DNA of 64,000 nucleotides from Schizosaccharomyces osmophilus (lineage: Eukaryota), in assembly GCF_027921745.1 (NCBI RefSeq), contig NC_079238.1, positions 4,650,001-4,714,000 of the forward strand, written 5' to 3'. Positions within the stretch are counted from its first letter, which is position 1, and every line of letters begins with the position of its first letter. The notes beneath the pieces were generated by a model. That model worked only from the letters and a program-made list of their open reading frames with translations, was not told the origin of the DNA and ran no database searches. The position numbers and the translations under genes are program-made. Below, piece by piece: positions 44,252 through 55,366 of the stretch.

Positions 44252-45546
44252 TTACTTGAATAGTTTTTGCAAACTCATCTCTCCAGATTCTCCCTTGTTA
44301 AGAACCTTTACGACGGCAAGCTCGAAATCTTCTTGAGTAACATGTACACGTCGTTCACGTAAAGCAAACATACCAGCTTCTGTACAGACACCTTTCAGCT
44401 CAGCACCACTTGCTCCGTTCATCTTTTCTGCAATACTCAACAAGTTAATTCCACGAGTAAGATTCATAGAACGAGAATGGATTCTCAAAATTTCGGCTCG
44501 AGCTTCGTTAGATGGAGGAGGAAATTCGATTTTTCGATCGATACGGCCAGGTCTTAAAAGAGCGGGATCCAAAATATCAATCCGATTTGTAGCCATGATT
44601 ACTTTAATATTTTTGGTAGACTCGAAACCATCAAGTTGGTTCAACAATTCAAGCATAGTTCTTTGAACTTCGCTATCACCACTACCGCCACCTGCGTCTG
44701 ATCGTGAAGAACCAATAGAATCAATTTCATCCATAAAAATAATTGACGGAGCATGTTCACGAGCCATAACGAAAAGTTCCCGAACCATACGACTACCTTC
44801 ACCAATATACTTCTGTACCAATTCAGAACCACTCACACGAATAAACCTGCAATCAGTGTGGTGTGCAACGGCTCTAGCAAGTAAAGTCTTTCCTGTACCA
44901 GGAGGACCGTACAAAAGAATACCTTTGGGTTGTGGAATACCCAAGCTTTCAAATAACTAAAAGTTAATTTTAATTCCCCTAATATTTATGACTTACCTCC
45001 GGATGCTTAACAGGCAACTCAATTACTTCCTTAATCTCTTTGATTTGTGTTTCTAATCCACCAACCATTTCATAAGTAGAGTCAGGAATTTTCTCGACCA
45101 TCATTAAAGAAACCAAAGGATCAACTCTATTTGGAAGTATTTTAATTAATTGGTAAGAATCATTCCTCAAGGCAACACGAATATTAGGCTTAATATCCTT
45201 GATATCAACATCGGGACTCACGTCAACGACATATTTACCCTCAGGATTCACCTTAACTAACACTTTGTTTTTGCCCATCGTTTTGATTACTTCCCCAACA
45301 TAACTTCCTGGTTCTTGTAAAAGTTGGATTTCTTCTCTCAACAAACGAACTCTAGCATTCAATCCGTTTCTCTGAGCTTCTAATCGTCGGAGGTTCTGGG
45401 TTTTATTAAGGATATTCAACTCGGCATTTTGGATTTTTTGTGTATAGTACTAAGAAGTATGTCAGAAACTACTTACACCGAAAATTACTTACCTGTACTA
45501 TGTTTTCATTGCTTTCCAAGACATTGGAAGTCAGAACTTCCGTCAT
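44252..45546 (-). CDS. rpt6: 19S proteasome AAA ATPase Rpt6; 3 exons (45546-45493, 45449-44997, 44956-44252)
   Basis: [28 protein letters not shown]; canonical introns. Confidence 0.97.
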
Positions 45547-45846
45547 TTTTCTAAATGCCACTTAGTTGTTGTGGTGTGTAGAGAATAAGTGAATATCTAC
45601 ATTTATAGAACCTTCCATACTCCTCTAACATCACGCTATTCTGCGTTATTTGCTTTCCTTTCAAAAATATTTTATTACTCTACGAACACTGATACTACAA
45701 TAATGTGTTTATTCCATCTAAATATATACCTCATTAAGAATTACATAAAAATATCCATATTACTCTAGACAAACAAAAAATGATAAAACCAAATCGTTCG
45801 TTCGTTAACAATAATTTTATTAAATACGAAATTAAAACATTTTAAT

Positions 45847-47829
45847 CTACATAAAAGGCTTCTTTTTCTCTGTTCCCTTTTCTTCATTCTTTTCGATGTT
45901 TTCATAAGCATCAACTTCTACGATATCTTCACTTTCAATGACTTTCACTCCAAAGGCTGATTCGAACACTCTTTTCACGATGCCATAAATGTCCTTTTTC
46001 CCTTCCCATAGAGGGAATATTCCTACTGAAAACACAGTAAAGAAAATCCATATTAATCCTACTACGACCCAGCCAGTAAAAAATCGTTTTGAAAATATAT
46101 ATTTCGAACCATACATCGGCCAAGGCCACAAAATAATAAACACGGCCGCAACACCTGTTGCAGCAATTTTTGATATCATACTTGCACGATTAAGTTTTTT
46201 CTTCTGTAGAACCTCCTCTTCCTCAGATTCGTAGTGCATCTCAAACTTACTCAGCAAGTCATCAAAATCGTATTTTTCGGGCTTAATAATGGAAAAAAAG
46301 ATCAAATAGAGTATAGGGCTCAAGAGTCCCACAACATTGCCTGCTAACATTGGATTATTCGCCCCTGTCGTTTCAATTGTCAATTTACCTGAACCCTGCA
46401 CACCTGCAACGACAAGCCAACTGACGATACTCGAAACCAATCCTAATACAGGAGAAACGGTAATTGCTAGCTTAGAGGTTCGTGAAGAAAGCATCACACA
46501 TGTTGCTGGAACGACTGCAGGGCAAACCAATACTCCCATCAGTAGGTATAAATACCCCATTGATACGTTTCCATAGTATAACCCTGTTGCTAAAGCTGAC
46601 ATCGCAACCCCAAATACTATTAATACCGCATGTCCAGTATATAGCAACTCTTTATTGCCGGCATTCCGTCTAAAATACTGTTTGTAAATATCATAAGTAA
46701 ATATTGATGAGACAGCAATCAATTCGGATGAAGCTGCGGAAGTAACAGCCATAAATATTAGTAATACTGTGGCATTCGCACCTGTTTTACCCATCAACGC
46801 AATTGCTCCATAGGGCAAAGCTAGTCCTTGACTGACTTCTAGATCAGTCATACGATTTGGATACGTAGGAAAATAAGGCATAGACTCAAGGGCAAGGCAT
46901 ACGAGACCCGTTGTAGTAGCTGCCAACCATGGAATTGCAAACCAAGAAAGGCCACCCAATATGTAGCCAGGCAGCGCTGAAGCAGGGTTTGCTGCGATAG
47001 CTTTTTGCCAATAGCCATTGTCCACAAACACTGTTCCAAAATTCCCCGCAAGGTTAATTATGAAGAAAATAGCTCCTTCTCGACTTCTCATAGTAAGGTA
47101 ACTTCCCTCAGCGTTTCCTTCTACAGGGTGGGAGTCTCCGGCAGCTTTCAACATATCATAGAGCTTACCTGGGGACCCGATTTTGTCACTAGCGGAATAG
47201 GCAGATAAACTAAACATAATTAAAATCACAAGAATGATGATTGTATGAATATAATCCGTAAGGAACGTTGCCTTGATTCCTCCAAAAATAGTATATATTA
47301 TCACTCCTACTGGAAGTAAAAAGCAAGCTGCAACCGTATTCATACCAGTTATAGATGCAATTGTGGCCGATCCTCCGCATAAAAGCATAGCCATCACAAG
47401 GATGTTGGTAACATATGCAAAAAAAATAAAAACTGTGTGAGCTATCGGTCCACACCGGGCTCGAACAACTTCCAGAAACGTATGCGCATTAGGTGCTTTC
47501 CTTTTCAGTTCAATTGCCAAGACCGTAAACAACAAAATTTGAACACAAGCACCTGACGCATACCAGAATGCTCCCGAAACACCATATTGGTAAGTTTTTT
47601 GAGCACTGGTCAGTAATGTTGATGCCCAAGTCCAGCTACTCACAACAGCACTGGCGACTAATCCAGTTCTAACACTATGTGAGGCTGTATTAAAGTGCTC
47701 TGATGTCTGGTTCTCGTTGCTGTACTTCTTAAGGATATATGAAATAGATATCATCAAAACAGCGAAACCCAATCCAACACCAACAACTACGCCGTACCCG
47801 ACACTTTCGGAAACTGTCGGCTGTACCAT
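45847..47829 (-). CDS. Urea/polyamine transporter, Dur3 family (sodium:solute symporter)
   Basis: SAVVSSWTWASTLL, ELKRKAPNAHTFLE, GNFGTVFVDNGYWQKAIAA. Confidence 0.93.
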   Translation of the reverse strand: MVQPTVSESVGYGVVVGVGLGFAVLMISISYILKKYSNENQTSEHFNTASHSVRTGLVASAVVSSWTWASTLLTSAQKTYQYGVSGAFWYASGACVQILLFTVLAIELKRKAPNAHTFLEVVRARCGPIAHTVFIFFAYVTNILVMAMLLCGGSATIASITGMNTVAACFLLPVGVIIYTIFGGIKATFLTDYIHTIIILVILIMFSLSAYSASDKIGSPGKLYDMLKAAGDSHPVEGNAEGSYLTMRSREGAIFFIINLAGNFGTVFVDNGYWQKAIAANPASALPGYILGGLSWFAIPWLAATTTGLVCLALESMPYFPTYPNRMTDLEVSQGLALPYGAIALMGKTGANATVLLIFMAVTSAASSELIAVSSIFTYDIYKQYFRRNAGNKELLYTGHAVLIVFGVAMSALATGLYYGNVSMGYLYLLMGVLVCPAVVPATCVMLSSRTSKLAITVSPVLGLVSSIVSWLVVAGVQGSGKLTIETTGANNPMLAGNVVGLLSPILYLIFFSIIKPEKYDFDDLLSKFEMHYESEEEEVLQKKKLNRASMISKIAATGVAAVFIILWPWPMYGSKYIFSKRFFTGWVVVGLIWIFFTVFSVGIFPLWEGKKDIYGIVKRVFESAFGVKVIESEDIVEVDAYENIEKNEEKGTEKKKPFM

Positions 47830-48319
47830 GGTAGAACTCCAAAATTTCTCTTAGATTTATTAAGTATTTAGTAGAAAATAGCTTGCTTAAAGCAAACATC
47901 TTATAAATATCAACTGAGAGGCTCTTATGAACATGATTAAGACCCTCCGATATAGCGCTTAATCTATAATATTTTATTTTATCTTACACACATCGCCACG
48001 AGATCTTTTTTCTTTTAAAAATATATACTTTGAGATTTAGTTGATTGGTACCTCTATAAGTGAACGCTTTCTGATAATTTCGTTCTACTCAATATCATGA
48101 AGTGAACCTATCGAAGTATTTACTAGATTAATTAGACCCACACTTCACGACAACAGACTAACAGTATAGTACGAAATAAACAGGCAAACATCACTTTTTT
48201 GAGGTTTCTTCCTCTTTGACTATGAAAACCCGTATTTGTTCAATTAAAAAGTACAAATTGACGAACTACTAAAATACGCTTTCAGCTGATCATCAATTCA
48301 GTTTATTTGGAACAGTAAA

Positions 48320-48727
48320 ATGGAATTCCCAGTTAAAATTGAAGAAAACCTTATTGACTCATATTTTTGGAACAACGAAGACTCCAGTGGCCTGAAGCAG
48401 CAGATATCAGACGTACAGAAACATCACTCTTACAATAAATCGCTAAGGAAAGACATTCATTTATCGAGATCAGAATTGGATGAAACTAGAAAGCATTTGA
48501 AAGCGCAAGAAAATCAATTGCAGTTTGAATATGGAGAATATGAAAACGAACTTGACGTATTTCAAAAGAAAATGCAGGTCTTTTCTACTGAAGTACTCGA
48601 AAGTCGCTTCTCAGAAACATTAAAAAAAAAGCAGGATGATCTCAATTCTTTAAAAACCAAATTAATGAACCAAGAAGTATCAGCCGTTGATTATGCTTCC
48701 TTGGTCTTGCAAACGATGAATCACTGA
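48320..48727 (+). CDS. Small coiled-coil protein of unknown function (135 aa)
   Basis: ATG in good context, helical charged composition; no family recognised. Confidence 0.65.
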   Translation: MEFPVKIEENLIDSYFWNNEDSSGLKQQISDVQKHHSYNKSLRKDIHLSRSELDETRKHLKAQENQLQFEYGEYENELDVFQKKMQVFSTEVLESRFSETLKKKQDDLNSLKTKLMNQEVSAVDYASLVLQTMNH

Positions 48728-48981
48728 ATAAGTGTTTATACTACTTTATGTTACTTCTAATGACTTATACAATAAATAATGCACGGTGTCGTCGAATGCA
48801 ACCTAACTTTTCTGCTTCATTACACTTTTGATATCCGACATTCGAGTTTTCATTTTGAATTCAAAACAAAATGCATCATACCCGTAACTCTTCATATACT
48901 TTGTCTTTCATTACTTCATGTTTATACTACTCACTTGAGAGTATCAATATAGTAAAGCATTTATTTGTTCGAAAAAACTGC

Positions 48982-49352
48982 CTAATCAAAGAGACCAAAG
49001 CCCATCTATTTATGTTAGTTTCTTCCAAATACCAAAATATACTTACATCTTCATCAGATTCCTCCTCTTGCTTGGCCTCTTCCTTCTTGGCTTCTTCAGC
49101 AGCAGGAGCAGCATCACCAGCGGCAGCTGGAGCAGCGGAAGCAGCACCTCCAGAGGGAACAGTGGCAAGTTTCTGGTTACCAGCAGCAATCAACTCTTCT
49201 AAGTTCTTGCCTTCAAGTTCATGGAGCAAAGACTCAACACGTTCTTTTTCAGCTTCAATGCCCACAGTGGACAAGACAGATTCAACATCGCTAGCTGATG
49301 GCGATTGCTTTCCGCCAACAGTAAGAAGTAGGTAGGCAGCAAGGTATTTCAT
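48982..49352 (-). CDS. rpp202: 60S acidic ribosomal protein P2; 2 exons (49352-49047, 49005-48982)
   Basis: [10 protein letters not shown]...EEESDED/MGFGLFD*; Homol E ACCCTACCCT upstream at 49469-49478. Confidence 0.96.
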
Positions 49353-51590
49353 TTTATTTACCGGAACAAAATCACTTTAAGCAAAGCAGGTTATCTTTGC
49401 AGAAATTGTCTCCAGGTCTGACAAAGTGGTTTCTGCTGCATATATATATGAAAATTTTCACAAGTCAAACCCTACCCTATACTTAATTTAGGGTAAAATA
49501 AGTTTTCGGGAACGACTAGGTTGTACTTAAGTTTCATTATCAACTTTACCGTATTTCGTATAGCTCACAATAAACATTAATTACTAAAAGCTTTTTGTCT
49601 TTAGTAAACAATCATTTTTCGAAGCATAAACATTGTTTACGATTATGCTCATTTTATACACGGTATTTTTTTCGTATTTAAAATCTAGCTAATAGAATAT
49701 ACTTACATAAAAATAATTCTATGGCCGTAGCACCTTTTGGCTTTTCGCTCGCTTTACAATAAAACATCCTCCTTTGCCATAACACATGCAACGAAATTTC
49801 AACAACTAAGAAACCCTCATGGTAAATCGCAAAACGACATATATATCCATCAGTACCTCAAGTCCACAAAATTAATTACAAATAAAAGTCGTGCTCATTC
49901 AAAATCATTATTAGAACAAGAAAAGCGTTCTCTCATAAAGCAAATAGAAAGTATTAAAAAAGACGAAGCATACCTCTATGTTAAGATTACCATTACTACA
50001 ACGAATAACATTCTATAAGTCGTTGTTGCGCAGTACTGCGTTGATCTATAATATTATCATCTTATTTGATTACTTATACTACGCTTTTTCTTTTTTAATA
50101 TCATTGTTACCACGTATACTAAGATATATTACTGTTTTGTAATACGAAGTAACCCGCTTGACACTAGTTTTTCATTGAAGAATCAAAATTCCAGTACTAA
50201 ACATCGAATTAAACAGCTAAAGCAACAGAAGCTTTATATTTTTAACACGGCTGTTGCAATGAAATCCATTTCCTGTCAAGTAATTCAGGTCACCACCTTA
50301 GTGATTCTATAAGAAAAAAGTACATTAGTTTTAGTAACAACACCAGTGTTTTTTTCTTCACGTCTATAGTTGTTCTCATAACATAACCTTATATAATGTT
50401 TAATACTTTGAATTTAATGTATTACCCTTATAACCTATTTAAGTCTATTGTTCATATGACAAATGAATGAAATCCAGCTGAATAGGTTGCCGTACTTTTT
50501 TCCGTAACGTATATTAAAAATCAAGTTTAGACGATAAATATGATCCCTACTACGTCAAAAATGTTAGAGCTATCGAAATATATTGTACAATTACTAAAAC
50601 TAAATTCCCTGATGAGATATTAAAAGCGAGGCCATATTTCACAATCAGCTTAAAGCCATAATTCGCATTTGTTATTTGTTTGTTATTTGGAGTGACACAA
50701 TTAAATGAAGAATGAAACCTTAAGTACAGAAATTAAGTAAGAACTCATAATATATGAAAACAATCCAAATAACTATACGATTTATTTATGCTTGAAGTCT
50801 GACATGAATGATATTTATTGCAGTAAAACGGCTTAGGAAGCCGTACATCATTTTATAACTATTCCATTCTAACGATTTAGAAGACATAATTCAAGCATTT
50901 ACTTATTAGCGTATTAATATTCGGATGCTTCAATTTATGCTATCATGCAATTACAAGGTTTCATTTCTATAACAAGGGACGCAACCAATAATTTTGTCAT
51001 AAAAACCTAAAGCTCTCTATAAGTACTCTATCAAATTCAAATGATACATAGCTTTTTGAACTGGTCATAATGTCTTCATACTACAGTATTTCAAATACTC
51101 TATAGTTATACTTAGTTTCCAAAATTTCAGTTTAATGATAGTGTATTATGGAAAAGACAGTAACTGATATATTCGAGAATCTGGCACAAACATCTATTAA
51201 ATGCTATTTTTATGGCTTTTTTTTTATGTGAGGATTAAAGGAGGAAGTAATAGGTATGACGTATTTACAATTTATTTCAAGTGAATGTTGATCGTACTTT
51301 TAAAATTTATTGTCTAAAATGGTTTGGTCGAGTACAACTAACGATACAGTAAGAATGAATAAAAAATGAGAACTAAAAGTAAAATTTAGCAAACGGATAA
51401 ACTAAAAACAAGTAACGATAGTATTGACTTCTATTGTATACAAATGACCAACTGTGGACCTGCCGACTTAGTTTTTCTCAAATATAACAACAAAGTAGTT
51501 TTCTGAATTACTTATGACTTTCAAGTATTTATATTTGGCTTCGGTTCGTTGTAAAAGCCGGTAGAGTTCATGGACGTATGCAACAACTTT

Positions 51591-51591
<1 letters not shown>

Positions 51592-51634
<43 letters not shown>
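51592..51634. repeat. Poly(A) tract, 43 nt
   Basis: Read directly. Confidence 0.95.
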
Positions 51635-51635
<1 letters not shown>

Positions 51636-54600
51636 ACTGAAAGACTTTCAATTTTACTGCTCAGTTTTGTGAGTTATAGTCATCTTACAAATTATACAGC
51701 CATCACATGGTATAATACTACTAAATTTAGTGCACGAAATATCCGCAACTGGCCCCATCGCAAGTGGCTTTTGCAGAATTACGAATTCTTTGGGACCGAC
51801 AAGCATTTTATTAAATAACGCGTATTTGCCGAGTACTTAAGAATATTCCCAAAATAGATATCTAAAGAAATAAGAATTAATTTACTACGAAGACTGAAAT
51901 AATTCCGTATGCGCATACTGTTCATACGAAGCACGCTAGCAAATATAGGGTAGAGTGGGTAGCCAATTTCATATTTCAGTCCTAAGGACCGGATGATAGT
52001 ACATTGCTTAACTTCAAAGGGTATATATATATACGGCTTTAGTGTTGTTGGGTTTAACATATAACAATGAATATGCTCTTCAGTGCCCTTTTTGGCGGAT
52101 AATATTTGGATTAATGATTGCCCCAAAAGTTTTTAAAGCATACCAATAATTAGTTAACTATTATCGATGACTGCCGTGTGCTTACCTTTTTATACAAGAG
52201 AAATATATTAAATGAAACTACCAAAAGTTTATATCCGTCAGAGGAACCTCCAATGGTATTTTAAAATGATCATACAATAATTACACTATCCAGCATGTTA
52301 CTGTATATCATGTTAAATATAATGATTTATCTAGTCAGAAACATGCATTGAAACGAGCCTTTTAAACCTTAATGCTTTGTTCTATCTCGTTTTAAATTTA
52401 CTGTGTAAGTTCCAACGTTCTAAGACAGAATCTCCAGTTAGGAAGAATTTGCTGAAGAACCTATTACATTCATTTTGCAACATATTCGTTAGCATCGCCA
52501 TACTGTTACTATAGATTTATCTCTTTGGGTATCTACCCTAACTAACTCAAAGGTACTTATTCAAACGCCAAAAGCAATTACCACTGTATTCCACTTGCTT
52601 TGTCATAACTTACTAAGTATTTTTGCCGTGACATCAACCCAACTAAAACGTCTTCCTAAGTGAGAGAGATAATGATTACAGCCAATTAATAAAACCAACT
52701 AAAAGCGATATCTTTCCGATCGAATCAAATCCGAATGATCGAATATGGAACATCACTACCAGAGTGACTCGCCAAATCAGTAGAGAAGCAAAGCAGCATT
52801 CCAACTGATTATATTAAAGATTATTTTTTGTGTATAGACATGGTTCCATGGAAACTAGAAGTGTAAAGAGAAAAGTTGATATTTATTTTCATAGATTTGA
52901 TATGAATGAACCTCCATCTTATCCCTAGAAAAAATTGAGGAAAAATACTTAAAAGAAAGTTGGATAATGTCTTCAGGACAGTTCCCAAAGCGTTTGTCTC
53001 TGGTCGCCGGAAAATAGGACGTATTAAAAGACCTCCTGAATATCACAGGAAAAGACATGGGAACAAGTAAACTGGACCCTATATATCTTTTGATAATAAT
53101 GCGCGTATGCAGCGATCGATAATTCGTAGGAATTACCAACCATAAGTTACAAATCACAGGAATCTTAACATTAACCGTAAAATAAATAGAAACAAATATT
53201 ATGAAACAATTGTTGTATCGCTTTCTATTGAAGGAAAAATCTATCCGCCGCGACATTGGAAAAAGAAGCTTTGCCGATGACTATTCCCTTGAAGATAATG
53301 ATGCCACCCTCCCTTTGCGGATATAAATAATAAATTAGAGTATGTAAGAAGTCTTCGTATCAAAATATGCCGAAGTTGACCTCCTTGAGAATTTAACTAA
53401 TTTCAAAATATCATTAGCGATGACGACTAACAAACAAATCAATCAATCCTTTTCTTCAAATCGTGGCGGATGCACATTTAACATTCTGTAGAAGATTTAA
53501 GGTAAAAGGTAATAAAAGAAACTTCAAAATATCTCTATTAGAACGGATTGCAGGTTCGACTATTCCGTTAGAAAAATCACATTGGAGATGAAAAGAAACA
53601 GCAGCAAATATCATTTAAATCCTACTCTATAGATAAAAACTTATCTACTTCAATATGTAGGTCAATACTAAATTACTCTTAAAATCAAAATTGAGTGCAT
53701 TTGCTTAACTGGCATAACCTTGAATAGTATTAGTATAGACATACGTCGACAACAGAAGCAGAAGCGCTAATGGGATGAAAGCTTCACAGGAGGGATAAAT
53801 TTATTAGCATTTATTTATGCAATATACCATGAAATTACAAATATTCGGGAAAATGATACGATTTTTGCTAGTGTGCTAGTTTTTACTCATTTGGCTTGAC
53901 AAGCTTCGAATTTCTAGGTTCCTAGACGGAAAAGTATCTGAGTAGAATTCAATAATCGCAGTATATTATCTAGCCGCTCGTATAAGATAGCTGCGTTTAT
54001 TAAATAACAAGGAGAACGAGATTTTTAACCTCAATTTGAGATTCCAGAACAAATGAGGCAATCTTTATCTTTTGGGTTTGGTTTCTTGTTTATAAATTGA
54101 TAAGTCTTTTACTTGTGTCATACTATTTTAAAAAATAGAAATCGAATTTTAATAGAAAAGTATATTTCTGAAAGTTAATCATATAACACTGTATAGAAAT
54201 ATACCTAGCTGAATGCTTCAAGTGTAAGACTGATATATCCGGTTAATTGACTAACCCGCATCTGAAAACCTACTGAGACCACCATTTGGCTAATTATGAA
54301 GTCATCCAGTTTCCTTAAATTGATGGTACTCGTTGCTTGGATTAGTATATGGTTAATAATATTAATATAACTACCAAAGTTCCGCCGCACAATACAATCC
54401 ACACGGCTCATGAATATTAAACTTGAGTTTGATTATAACTACGTTTGTAAGAAGATTATAGTTGCATTAATATATAGATATTTGCTTAACTGAATATATT
54501 GATCTATTAAACAGGGGTTTTTGATTCCCAGTGACAAAAAAAATTAATGATGCACTAAATGAATCGAGATTGGTAGATGATGTGAGATTTAAATCTAAAA

Positions 54601-55295
54601 TGCCCGAGCACTGATTTTTTTTCCCAAATACGGATTGTCTGTTATAACGATTACTTAAAGCCTATGAAAAGCAATATCTCCGCTTCTAGACTATACAAAG
54701 TTTTTGTAGGTTTTTCTAAGTCGGCCAAGCTCATCGTTGATCCGTTTAAACACTAATCACCTACGACAACTGTACCTATATTGTCTCCCAACCTATTTTT
54801 TTGTGTTCCTCATAATTTTAAACAGCGTTCTATCATTGAAAACTTTCTTGGTTTGTAAGGTTGCTTTCAGAAGACAATCCACTTAATAGTAACAGGTTTG
54901 CACGCCGATTGGGGTCCAGTCAAGACAACTCAGTAAATTACTTCTGGTAATAAAGGAAAGTAGGATTTCTTTGTCTCTTCTAGAAAGTTGTTTGTTAATT
55001 TAGTCATTTCTTAACAATCGGAATATTTTGGAATTTACTTCCATTCTTTAAGAATTGGTCGACTGGTTAATTCTTGAGCGTTAACGTATTGCGTTTTGCT
55101 CGGTAGATTTAAACTTTAGCATCTTCAGTTTTAGCCTTTTTTTCATGTTCCTTTCTCTGAAAAGTTTGCTTAGATACTATATTAATAAGAAAAGCCAAAG
55201 TCAGGAGAGTGGAAAAAGATTAGTATATCGGGTGTTTTTTGATTTTAGTGATACAACCGTACAAACTCTTTCCCACGTCAGCCTTCTGTTCACTT

Positions 55296-55366
55296 TAGGA
55301 AGATTCGACGGATCTGGCCTAATTAAATTAGTGTCGTTTATTAAGCTAATTTAGCCCCTGGACTCA
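55296..55366 (+). repeat. 71-bp remnant of the 5' LTR
   Basis: Matches 59553-59623 with 3 mismatches. Confidence 0.85.

Noticed and set aside
49720..49730. TATGGCCGTAG, matching the 5S 5' end; also TAGTACTATGGT near 62893
   Set aside because: Only 11-12 nt, with no extension of the match
52855..53256. 133-aa ORF in the gene-free region
   Set aside because: No recognisable domain; composition typical of random AT-rich DNA
53553..53563. B-box-like GGTTCGACTAT
   Set aside because: Imperfect, single, and no tRNA cloverleaf around it
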